Below are positions 1 through 8,324 of a stretch of 15,853 nt of DNA, one piece after another. The translations under genes were made by a program, and so were the position numbers. This DNA is from Candidatus Sericytochromatia bacterium (GTDB lineage Bacteria; Cyanobacteriota; Sericytochromatia; S15B-MN24; JAQBPE01). The notes under the pieces are model-generated. The model made no database searches. It was not told where the DNA came from and saw nothing but the letters and a program-made list of their open reading frames with translations. Positions within the stretch are counted from its first letter, which is position 1; each line of letters begins with the position of its first letter. The stretch covers positions 1 through 15,853 of the forward strand of contig JBBAPZ010000034.1 in NCBI GenBank assembly GCA_040400605.1. The letters are read 5' to 3'.

Positions 1-279
1 ACGGCGCCTAATGATCCAGCCATGCGCCTTTCAGTTGCCTGGGGCGAAATCTCTGTGCCGGCAATGACGTGGCAGACCAGACGAGATGTTTTAACAAGTG
101 GTTAGGGTATTTGGCACGCTTCCAAGACCGATCAATCAACCGATGCTTGCAGTTGCCGTGCCCGTTGCATCGTGTCAAAACTCAGAATCGTTTGCGAGCA
201 GGCATCCGATCGTCAAGGGCGCTCACTACTTATTGGGTCAATCGGTCCCCTGTCGGAAAGGGTTTAAACCCGCTCACGT

Positions 280-313
280 AAAAAGGGAGGTGCGCACAAC
301 TCCTCCCACTTTT
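280..313. terminator. Probable bidirectional intrinsic terminator
   Basis: GGGAGG (285-290) pairs with CCTCCC (302-307). It is flanked by an A-run (280-284) and TTTT (310-313) and lies ~30 nt past the stop of the minus-strand ORF ending at 341. Confidence 0.5.
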
Positions 314-340
314 GCGGAACCAATCGACCGCGTCGGCCGG

Positions 341-847
341 TCAATCCTTTAACAACCGATCCGACACCTGATTATCTATCTTGTTCACAGCACCTTTACC
401 GCTCCCAAGCAACGCGCCGACGCCTAAGACAACCGGCGACGAGACCACAGCCCCCAACACAAACCGGAAGACGCCATCACCAACCGAGAAGCGACCGCCA
501 GAGAACGCATATGACAAAAGGGCCACCGCCGCGCCGGATCCCGCAATCAAAAGCGCTGACGCCTTTGATCCCATTGCCTTAAACGCACCCTCACGCGCCG
601 TATTCGTCTCATTTTCCGCAAACAGCACCTTGGCAGGCTGACCATTCACCCGCACCTGACTGGTCGTCGACAACTTCTGGGCAGTCTGGGTCAAAATCAA
701 CTGCATCTGCCCATCGGCGGTCTCCACACCGAGCGAATCAGCACCATCCTTGCGCTGCTTCAAGCCCGCCTCCACCGAAGCAACCTTGCTCGCAGGCAAC
801 GGCTTGGATGTCGATAACGTCGCACGATTATTGATTTCAAGATTCAT
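341..847 (-). CDS. Hypothetical membrane protein (168 aa) with two C-terminal Gly/Ala-rich hydrophobic segments
   Basis: ORF-track 341..880, restarted at ATG 847 (MNLEINN...), which has GAGGAG 6 nt upstream. Hydrophobic stretches ALLIAGSGAAVALLSYAF and VFRFVLGAVVSSPVVLGVGALLG. AT-rich promoter-like region upstream (~881-950). No family recognised. Confidence 0.7.
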   Translation of the reverse strand: MNLEINNRATLSTSKPLPASKVASVEAGLKQRKDGADSLGVETADGQMQLILTQTAQKLSTTSQVRVNGQPAKVLFAENETNTAREGAFKAMGSKASALLIAGSGAAVALLSYAFSGGRFSVGDGVFRFVLGAVVSSPVVLGVGALLGSGKGAVNKIDNQVSDRLLKD

Positions 848-1248
848 AATCAGCTCCTCAGCCAAAACGATACGTACCATAAAGCGGATAAAAATTAAGA
901 AGTGATTTTGTTATCGCTTAATTTAGTTAAATCTTGCGTTAAAAATATGACGATTTGTGTTTTGGTGTACGTGGTTTTTCAGAATTGAACCGTGGGCCTT
1001 GGGAGTTCCGCACCGTTGATCAGCGCTTGGGGATGTACAACGTAGCGGTATGGCCTATTGGATCCTTGAAATGCGGTGGCGTTGTTCCGGGCGCCGTGGA
1101 AGCGATGGCGCCAAAGCAGGATATCGGCCGATTCCTTGCTCAGGTGCAGCAGGCAATCCAAGCGGGTTTTGTCATACCTTTTTGGGCTTACGGGGTCTTG
1201 GCATGGTACGGTAGAATGCCTGCTTGTCGGTTTTGAAGGGAGAAGCGA

Positions 1249-2643
1249 TTGTCATCAACCTTGCTGGCTGTGTCGCCACTTGATGGGCGTTATGCTTCGT
1301 CACTCGATTGTTTGAGGCCTTACTGCTCGGAGTTTGCCCTGATTCGCCACCGGGTTCAGGTGGAGTTTGCTTATTTTTTGGCGCTGCTGGAACGGCTTGA
1401 TGAATCCGAGGCGGCGGAGATCGCCCGTGCCGTGTTTGGCGCGCGCATCCAGGAGTTTGGCGAAGACGACGCGCGTGCGATCAAAACAATCGAAGCGCGC
1501 ACCAACCATGATGTGAAGGCGGTGGAATACTGGCTCAAGGCGTTGCTTGAAACGGAGTCGCGTCTGACAGCGTCTGTGGAGTGGGTGCATTTTGCGTTGA
1601 CCAGCGAGGATGTGAACAATCTGTCGCACGCTTTGATGCTGCAAGGGGCGATCGCACACGTGCTCATCCCGTGTCTCACCAAATTACTGCAACGCATGAT
1701 TGCCCTTGCAACCCCATTGGCAGCGACCCCGATGCTCGCCCGCACCCACGGTCAGCCTGCAACGCCGACGACCATGGGCAAGGAATTGGCGGTGTTTATC
1801 GCACGGTTGACCCCACTGATGCGGGATCTGACAACAATTCGACAACCGGGGAAGCTAAATGGTGCCACAGGCAATTTCAATGCGCATGCGATCGCCTATC
1901 CATCTATCGATTGGCCAGCGTTTTCGGATGCTTTCGTGCGATCGCTCGGACTCGTGCCCAACCGTTTCACCACACAAATCGAGCCTCATGACGGCTTGGC
2001 GGCGACGTGTGATCGCATCCGGCACATCAATTTGGTGTTATTGGACCTGAATCAAGACCTCTGGCGCTACATCTCGGATGGTTACTTCAAGCAGCGCGTG
2101 GTGAGCACGGAGGTGGGCTCCAGCGCCATGCCCCATAAAGTGAACCCCATCGATTTTGAAAACAGTGAAGGCAATCTGGGCCTTGCCAACGCCGTCTTGA
2201 ATCATCTGAGCGAGAAGCTGACCCGCAGCCGTCTGCAGCGCGACCTCAGTGATTCAACCGTGTTGCGCAATTTGGGCGTGGGACTCGGACACACCTTGCT
2301 TGCGTGGCAAAGCTGTATCAAAGGCCTTGGGCGCATCGATTGTGATGCCAAGAGGCTGAAGGCCGATCTCGAGGCTCACCCCGAAATCCTCGCGGAGGCC
2401 TACCAAACCGTTTTGCGTTCGTTGGGACACGATGCACCCTACGAACGCCTGAAACAATTTACACGTGGCGAGCACATCACCTTGGCTGACATGCATGCCT
2501 TTTTGGAAGAGTGCGGGCTTGATGCTGACACCACGCAACGCCTGAGGGCCTTGACGCCTGCGGCGTATATCGGACGGGCGCCAGAATTGACTGAACAGGC
2601 GATCGCCGAAGCGCAAGCGCTGCTTGAACAACAGACCACATAA
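1249..2643 (+). CDS. purB: Adenylosuccinate lyase
   Basis: N-terminal SPLDGRY, TNHDVKAVEY, HFALTSEDVNN, MLARTHGQPATPTTMGKE, fumarase/ASL superfamily signature GSSAMPHKVNPIDFENSEGN and SRLQRDLSDSTVLRN. TTG start with GGGAG RBS upstream. Confidence 0.97.
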   Translation: MSSTLLAVSPLDGRYASSLDCLRPYCSEFALIRHRVQVEFAYFLALLERLDESEAAEIARAVFGARIQEFGEDDARAIKTIEARTNHDVKAVEYWLKALLETESRLTASVEWVHFALTSEDVNNLSHALMLQGAIAHVLIPCLTKLLQRMIALATPLAATPMLARTHGQPATPTTMGKELAVFIARLTPLMRDLTTIRQPGKLNGATGNFNAHAIAYPSIDWPAFSDAFVRSLGLVPNRFTTQIEPHDGLAATCDRIRHINLVLLDLNQDLWRYISDGYFKQRVVSTEVGSSAMPHKVNPIDFENSEGNLGLANAVLNHLSEKLTRSRLQRDLSDSTVLRNLGVGLGHTLLAWQSCIKGLGRIDCDAKRLKADLEAHPEILAEAYQTVLRSLGHDAPYERLKQFTRGEHITLADMHAFLEECGLDADTTQRLRALTPAAYIGRAPELTEQAIAEAQALLEQQTT

Positions 2644-2703
2644 ATACTGGTATGTCCCTGCACGGGACCGTGCGGCCCCTCCGCTGTTCACATTCGGCGC
2701 CAT

Positions 2704-2825
2704 CCATCAAATTGACTGATTGTTTGTCAAACATTTTTATATTCGTCGGCCAGTTGCACCGTGACTTGCTCCCTTGGCGGCACGGTGCTTCCGTCGTCAG
2801 GCAGCCCGGTCGGTGAAGCTGATGG
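2704..2825 (+). ncRNA. Putative structured RNA / dispersed hairpin repeat, copy A (unassigned family)
   Basis: 5' arm CCATCAAATTGACTGATTGTT (2704-2724) is identical to 11248-11268. It pairs with the 3' arm CAGGCA-gcccg-GTCGGTGAAGCTGATGG (2798-2825) using several G-U pairs. Perfect internal stem GCACCGTG/CACGGTGC (2756-2763/2781-2788). Confidence 0.55.
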
Positions 2826-3086
2826 TTTCCGCGGAACACCACTCGCATTGCGAATCCGAGAAAATTTGGGCTGCTTGAACCGTTAGGGATCCGCCCCCTT
2901 GCCGGTAAAAGGGGGTTAACGTCCATAAGCGCCTTTGATTAATCCGGATCGCACCCGTTGCGGCGATTTGCGGGTGACATCCAGGACCTGTGGCGTGTTT
3001 GGTCTCCCATGGGTCTGGCAGGCTGAGGGTGCTTGGCTTGCGATGCTCGGTCGATGTGAACACGAAAGTAGGAAAACAGCGATTTT

Positions 3087-4694
3087 ATGAAACGAGTGAC
3101 TGTGTCTCTGGTACTGTTTCTGGCCACGGGGTGTGCCCAGGGCGCGACAACACCCAAGATGCCGGCAACGGGTGTGCCGCCGCGCGCGTGGCGGACGATG
3201 AGTGACGAACCGACGCCGGCGGGTGTCATCGTGCGTTATCGGGCAAACCATATGCAAGCCTTGGGTAACGACGAGGGGCGATCGCTGGCATTGCCGCGCA
3301 TGCGGGTTTTTGACGCGCCCGACGCAGCGGCTGCAAAGGCCTTGCTGGAGCGCCTCTGCAAGGACCCGGCCATTGAGGCGGTGGAGCCGGATTATCGTTT
3401 GCAAGCCTTTGACCTTCCCAATGATCCCCAATTGGGTGCACAGTGGGGGGTTCCCAAAATGCAGGTCCCGGAAGGCTGGGCGCATAGCACAGGGCAAGGC
3501 GCGACGGTGGCTGTTGTGGATACAGGCGTCCATGCGACACATCCCGATCTTGGCGGTCAAATCATTAGAGGCCGGGATTGCGTGAACGACGACGATGACC
3601 CCAGTGATGACCACGGCCACGGAACACACGTGGCTGGCACCATTGCCGCGCTGGCCAATAATGGACTCGGTGGGGTGGGAGTGGCACCCCAATCTCGCGT
3701 ACTGGCTGTAAAAGTACTCGATCAAAATGGCTCGGGACGGACCTCTGACATTGCGGAGGGGGTGGTCTATGCCGCCGAACAGGGCGCCAAGGTGATCAAC
3801 CTGAGCCTTGGCAGCAATCAGGATTCATTCGCGCTGAAAGAAGCCATCACGCGCGCGCAACGCGCAGGGGCACTGATTGTGGCGGCGGCCGGAAACGATG
3901 GAACCCGAGAGGTGAACTATCCGGCAGGTTATGCGGGGGTGATCGCCGTTGGCGCGAGCACCGTGCAGGATCAGCGGGCACGTTTCTCCAACCACGGTAA
4001 CTGGGTACACATTGCGGCACCGGGCGAAGGGATTCTCAGTACGGCCAAAGACGGTGGTTATGTGAAAATGAGCGGCACCAGCATGGCCGCACCCCACGTG
4101 GCAGGCGTCGCAGCGCTACTAAGTTCCAAGCATCCAGACTGGTCTGCGACGCAGTTACGCGAAGCCCTGTTCAAGGCAGGTGACCCAGTGGCGGGCTTCG
4201 AAGCCAACCCGGCGTGCCTGCGGCTCAACGCCTTGAAAGCACTCCATCCTGAAGCGGTTCCGTCACCCGTTCCAAGTGATGACCCCACCCTTGAACCGGT
4301 ACCCATACCGTCACCGTTGCCTGTGACCAGCCCCACCCCGCTGCCGATGCCCAGCGCACGTCCCACCCCCAAGCCGGTGCCGTCCGTGGTGCCCACCTTA
4401 CAGCCACGTCCAACGGATGCGCCGGGTCGTCCGTGGATCGGACCACTCCTTGTCACACCGGGTGCACCAGGCTCAGTCACGATCAGTTGGCAAACCGGCG
4501 TTGCCTGTGACGGGGTCCTTGATTATCGGGCGGCCAACGCCAATAACACACGCACAATCGTGGATGCGCGCGTGTCAACCAGCCATCAGGTTATACTGGA
4601 TGGGCTACAATCCGGCCAATGGTATCTCTGCCGAGCCAGAAGCAACACTTTACGTCGCGTGGTGTCTGAGCGTCGTGCGTTTCGCGCACCCTGA
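3087..4694 (+). CDS. Subtilisin-family (S8) serine peptidase, predicted lipoprotein, with Pro-rich linker and C-terminal fibronectin-III-like domain
   Basis: Catalytic triad motifs VAVVDTG, HGHGTHVAGTI and GTSMAAPHVAG, with oxyanion AAAGN. Lipobox LATG-C after a hydrophobic leader. PSPVPS/PTP-rich linker. C-terminal SVTISWQT...SHQVILDGLQSGQWY resembles an FN3-type beta sandwich. Confidence 0.92.
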   Translation: MKRVTVSLVLFLATGCAQGATTPKMPATGVPPRAWRTMSDEPTPAGVIVRYRANHMQALGNDEGRSLALPRMRVFDAPDAAAAKALLERLCKDPAIEAVEPDYRLQAFDLPNDPQLGAQWGVPKMQVPEGWAHSTGQGATVAVVDTGVHATHPDLGGQIIRGRDCVNDDDDPSDDHGHGTHVAGTIAALANNGLGGVGVAPQSRVLAVKVLDQNGSGRTSDIAEGVVYAAEQGAKVINLSLGSNQDSFALKEAITRAQRAGALIVAAAGNDGTREVNYPAGYAGVIAVGASTVQDQRARFSNHGNWVHIAAPGEGILSTAKDGGYVKMSGTSMAAPHVAGVAALLSSKHPDWSATQLREALFKAGDPVAGFEANPACLRLNALKALHPEAVPSPVPSDDPTLEPVPIPSPLPVTSPTPLPMPSARPTPKPVPSVVPTLQPRPTDAPGRPWIGPLLVTPGAPGSVTISWQTGVACDGVLDYRAANANNTRTIVDARVSTSHQVILDGLQSGQWYLCRARSNTLRRVVSERRAFRAP

Positions 4695-4704
4695 CGCACG
4701 CCCG

Positions 4705-5751
4705 TTACGGTAATCCCAGCAAGTCAGCATACCCGGGTACGGACAATAACGGCAAAGTGTCCAGTACCCGAGTATCCAACTCATAGCGGTAAATGCGAGG
4801 CTGACCGGTGCGGTTCGATTGAAAAATCACCGCACGGTCAGTATCCGCCGCAAAGCGAGGGTCAAACTCTGCGGCAGCCGTATTGATCCCATCAAAAAAT
4901 GTCACCACACCGCTATCCAACGAAAGCCCGTACACATCCAACTCCCCGCGACGATCCGACGTAAACAGTAGCTGACGCCCATCCGAACTCAGCGCCGGGC
5001 TTGTTTCGTTGGCAGCCGTATTGGCATAGGGCAGGAGATACAAACTGCTTTTGCGTAAGTCATAGGCCAGTAAATCGTACTGCGCGCCTGCTACCTGCCC
5101 CGCAAAATATACCCAGTTCTGATCATCTGACCAGGAGTGATCAAATACCCCAATGCGAACCGCATTCAGCACCTGCGCCTCGTACAGTTCCTGTCGGCGC
5201 CTGTCGTACCAGCGCAACACCGGACGCCCATTCTGTGTGCTTGTGAATGTCAACGTCTGACTATCCTGACTGAATGAAGGCGACTGATCACGTTCGCGCG
5301 TGTTGATATTGCGCAAGTCCTGCGTCCGGCGTTTAGCCCAATCGTGGAGTTTGACGTCAAAGTCGCCTGATTCGTCCGAGCAGTAAGCGAGGGTGTTGCC
5401 ATCCGGGCTGAGTTGCGGTTGCACCTCGTTGGCCGTCGTATTGAGGGCATTCACGGCGCGCACCGTACGGTCCGTCTCATCATAAACATAGATGTCAAAA
5501 CCGCCCCCTGCCGCATTGGGTCGATTGGAAGCGAAATACAGGTGCCGCGCTGCGCGCCGCTTTTGAACGGTCGCCGATGCTGAAGGTATCTGCAAGGGCG
5601 TTACGGTCGGCCGCACCGCCACCGGACTTGGCTGACGCAAACCGACGACAGGGGGCTTGAGCGGTGATTTGGCTGCCGGTTGCGTGTGGCAGGCCGCCAT
5701 CGCACAGAAAAGCCCCATGCCGTATTTATGGCTGTTTTTTATGCAGGACAC
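4705..5751 (-). CDS. TolB-like (PD40/WD40-like) beta-propeller protein, probable lipoprotein
   Basis: Repeats such as EVQPQLSPDGNTLAYCSDESGDFDV, DQSPSFSQDSQTLTFTS and ETSPALSSDGRQLLFTSDRRGELDV. Possible lipobox AMAA-C. The start is uncertain: the ORF extends to 5814, and I chose GTG at 5751 to reduce overlap with the upstream gene while keeping the leader. Confidence 0.8.
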   Translation of the reverse strand: MSCIKNSHKYGMGLFCAMAACHTQPAAKSPLKPPVVGLRQPSPVAVRPTVTPLQIPSASATVQKRRAARHLYFASNRPNAAGGGFDIYVYDETDRTVRAVNALNTTANEVQPQLSPDGNTLAYCSDESGDFDVKLHDWAKRRTQDLRNINTRERDQSPSFSQDSQTLTFTSTQNGRPVLRWYDRRRQELYEAQVLNAVRIGVFDHSWSDDQNWVYFAGQVAGAQYDLLAYDLRKSSLYLLPYANTAANETSPALSSDGRQLLFTSDRRGELDVYGLSLDSGVVTFFDGINTAAAEFDPRFAADTDRAVIFQSNRTGQPRIYRYELDTRVLDTLPLLSVPGYADLLGLP

Positions 5752-6538
5752 GATTTTGTCGGCTGAACCAAGGGCGCTTGATGGACAGTGCGGTGATGCG
5801 ATCACCTGCGTCAATCGCCGTGATTAAACCATAACGTGCCGACTCCCAACCTTCCGCCGTACGCTGACCAGGATAGCGCGCCTCGACTTTTGCGAGGGCG
5901 GCTCCCACGCTCAAATCGTCACCCAGTTTGAATGCAGCGGAGTCAACCGTGATGCGTTCGATGCGATCGGCCTTGTCAAAGCGCAACTGATAGCCCAAGG
6001 CAGGCACCAGCGGCAAGATCCATTGTCCGTCCACCAGATCGGATGCCTTGAGGCTTTCGAGCCAATGACGTGAATCACCAATCATCACGATGCCTGCGGC
6101 CACTCCCGGGATCAAATGATGCGACTCCAGTTTCAAAAATCCGCGCTCAAGATAACTCATTCGTCGCGCATGTGTGCGGTTGAGCAAAATCAGATCCGGG
6201 ATCCCACGGGGCGTTTGCCGTGGCAGCAAGACGCGCAGGCCCCATGCTTGCTCACCATTTAATAGTTCAAAATGTTCGCCCTGCTGACTGACGTGGGGTT
6301 CCCCCTTTAACTCAAACGCCAGACCGGCGTGCCCCTTGCCACTTTTGCTCGCGCGCATGCGCGATACCCATTGATCACCTTCGCCGCGCATGACATCCAG
6401 CCATTCCGGTTTGCCATCGCCGTCGAGATCCGGCAACCGCTGCTGCACAACCACTTCTTGTGCCTTTGCCTTCCGGAAATCGCACGCCCCAACCAGAATG
6501 AGCGTGGCGACTACCCAACAGGCTCCGAATCGATGCAC
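5726..6538 (-). CDS. Hypothetical lipoprotein with FG-GAP/VCBS-like Ca-binding loop
   Basis: GTG start with GGGAGG RBS. Leader MHRFGACWVVATLILVGA-C (lipobox). DLDGDGKPE is a DxDGDG-type loop. Overlaps the downstream propeller gene, consistent with an operon. Confidence 0.72.
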   Translation of the reverse strand: MHRFGACWVVATLILVGACDFRKAKAQEVVVQQRLPDLDGDGKPEWLDVMRGEGDQWVSRMRASKSGKGHAGLAFELKGEPHVSQQGEHFELLNGEQAWGLRVLLPRQTPRGIPDLILLNRTHARRMSYLERGFLKLESHHLIPGVAAGIVMIGDSRHWLESLKASDLVDGQWILPLVPALGYQLRFDKADRIERITVDSAAFKLGDDLSVGAALAKVEARYPGQRTAEGWESARYGLITAIDAGDRITALSIKRPWFSRQNRVLHKKQP

Positions 6539-6907
6539 AGGCGCCTCCCTTCTTCACAAGAACCAGCTTGAGCGCTCGATCACGATAGATGAAGGTGCTT
6601 GTGTGGTGCGCACATTTTTACGCATAAAAACCCCTGCAAGGATATTTGCCGCCCCTCGGTCCCGTGCCATGATGCGCCCAGCATGATAAATGACCTGTAG
6701 ATGAGAGACTTGTCTTTTTCTCAAAAAGCCATCGTTCAGATCAGCTAACCTGATGCCCCCAGTCGGCAACGCAGCGTCACTGTGGTCAGTCGGTCGAGAC
6801 GCCATCAAGGCCCCGGGGCCCGCGGCTCACTCGACGCGATTCCCTGTATCAGGGGTGTGACTGCAAGAGGGGATAACCCCTCGCGTCAAGAAGGAGGAGG
6901 CAGATCT

Positions 6908-8272
6908 ATGCAGAGGAGAACCTGGCTTGCTACGACCGTTTCGTTGTCAATGGGCATGGCCCTGTTGACCGGATGTTCGTCGCCCCCAACCGGTCCCGCC
7001 AAAATGGGTGGCGTCCAGACGCCGCCCCGCCAGATGGCCCCAGTGGCACAAAACGCACCGGTGCAAGCACCACTCGCCGCCCAAACAGTGGCAACCCCGC
7101 AAGCTGCGGCCACGTCGGTGGCTCAGCCGCCACTGGCCACGGGGACCCAACCGGGCATGCAACTGGCCCCGGCTCAGGCAGCTGAAATGGGTGCTTTGCT
7201 GCAACCCGGTGCGACCAGCATGACGTCACCCATCGGCGCGATTGGCGGCGGCATTCCGGTTGCCGGTACGGCCGTTACCTTCGGTGAAACAGGCGCCAAC
7301 GGCCTGATCGCCTTTCAGTCCAACCGGGGCACCGGCGGCGGCGCCAGCTACGATGTGTTCGTCTTTGACGCGGTAGCCGACACGGTGTTGGCACTACCCG
7401 GCGTCAACACGCCGGCGGATGAAAAGAATCCCCGTCTGAGTTCCAACGGCGAATGGTTGGTGTATCAATCAGATGAAAGCGGTGACCAGGACATCTTGCT
7501 GTTCAGCCTTCGCTCGCAGCTGATCAACACAATGAATATCCTCAACACCCCCGCGGACGAGATGCAGCCGGACATCAGCGACGATGGCAGCACCGTGGCC
7601 TACGTCTCCAACCAAGGCCTCAATGATGAACTCCGTGTCTATGACATGATCAACGGTGAAAACTACCGGGTCCCGGTTGCCAATCGGGGACTGGTTGACA
7701 TCAACTGGCCGACCATCTCTGGTGACGGCACAGTGGTTGCCTATGCAGCTGCCGCGCCTGTATTCAGCGACCGACACTTGATGAGCACCGAAGAGACAGC
7801 CAAGGAAGAAGCTGTGGTAGCCTCTTCCGAGAAGAAAAAGCCCCATCACCGCCCTGGTCCGACGTCGGATGTATTTGTCTACAGCCTGCTTGATGGGGCT
7901 CAGCTGACCCCGCCATTCATCAACACTGGATTTGGCGAATATAACCCCGATCTCGACGCCACCGGCGCTCGCATCCTCTTTGTCTCGGATCGTCGCGGCG
8001 CAGAGGACGTCTACCTTGTGGATATGCGCAGCGGGTTCACCGACAACCTCGTGCTCGCCAATTCCCCGGCCATTGAACAGCAACCGCGCTGGCTCGCTGG
8101 TCTGGGCAATGCCATTATCTTCCAGTCTGATCGCAGCGGCGACTTCCGGCTCTTCCAGTATGACCTCGCAACAGCCCTGCTTGACACACTGCCCGTCGCC
8201 AACGAGTTGTTCTCGGATACGCAACTGCGGGATGAATTCCCGGCGATCGAACGCGGCGAAATCATCAAGTAA
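6908..8272 (+). CDS. TolB-like (PD40) beta-propeller lipoprotein with Pro/Ala/Gln-rich N-terminal linker
   Basis: ATG 6908 preceded by AGGAGGAGG. Leader MQRRTWL...ALLTG-C (lipobox). Repeats VNTPADEKNPRLSSNGEWLVYQSDESGDQDI, LNTPADEMQPDISDDGSTVAYVSN and YNPDLDATGARILFVSDRRGAEDV. Confidence 0.88.
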   Translation: MQRRTWLATTVSLSMGMALLTGCSSPPTGPAKMGGVQTPPRQMAPVAQNAPVQAPLAAQTVATPQAAATSVAQPPLATGTQPGMQLAPAQAAEMGALLQPGATSMTSPIGAIGGGIPVAGTAVTFGETGANGLIAFQSNRGTGGGASYDVFVFDAVADTVLALPGVNTPADEKNPRLSSNGEWLVYQSDESGDQDILLFSLRSQLINTMNILNTPADEMQPDISDDGSTVAYVSNQGLNDELRVYDMINGENYRVPVANRGLVDINWPTISGDGTVVAYAAAAPVFSDRHLMSTEETAKEEAVVASSEKKKPHHRPGPTSDVFVYSLLDGAQLTPPFINTGFGEYNPDLDATGARILFVSDRRGAEDVYLVDMRSGFTDNLVLANSPAIEQQPRWLAGLGNAIIFQSDRSGDFRLFQYDLATALLDTLPVANELFSDTQLRDEFPAIERGEIIK

Positions 8273-8285
8273 ACCAGCATCCATT

Positions 8286-8324
8286 GGGGCGTCCGAGCGT
8301 GCTCGGATGCCCCTGTTTTCCTTT
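8286..8324 (+). terminator. Rho-independent terminator
   Basis: 12-bp stem GGGGCGTCCGAG/CTCGGATGCCCC (one G-U), 4-nt loop, followed by TGTTTTCCTTTT, 13 nt after the stop at 8272. Confidence 0.85.

Noticed and set aside
111..126. TTGGCACG as a sigma54 -24 element
   Set aside because: There is no TTGC/GC at the required -12 position.
69..352. Short ORFs 69-281 and 98-352
   Set aside because: No convincing RBS or protein-like motifs. The region is better explained as structured non-coding DNA plus a terminator.
950..1248. Purine or ZTP riboswitch upstream of purB
   Set aside because: Several hairpins are present, but I could not find the conserved aptamer motifs of either class.
2712..2743. 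Reading the repeated TTGACT as a sigma70 -35 box
   Set aside because: No -10 at consistent spacing: TATATT is 20 nt away in copy A and TAAAAT is 9 nt away in copy B. A promoter would also not explain the complementary 3' arm.
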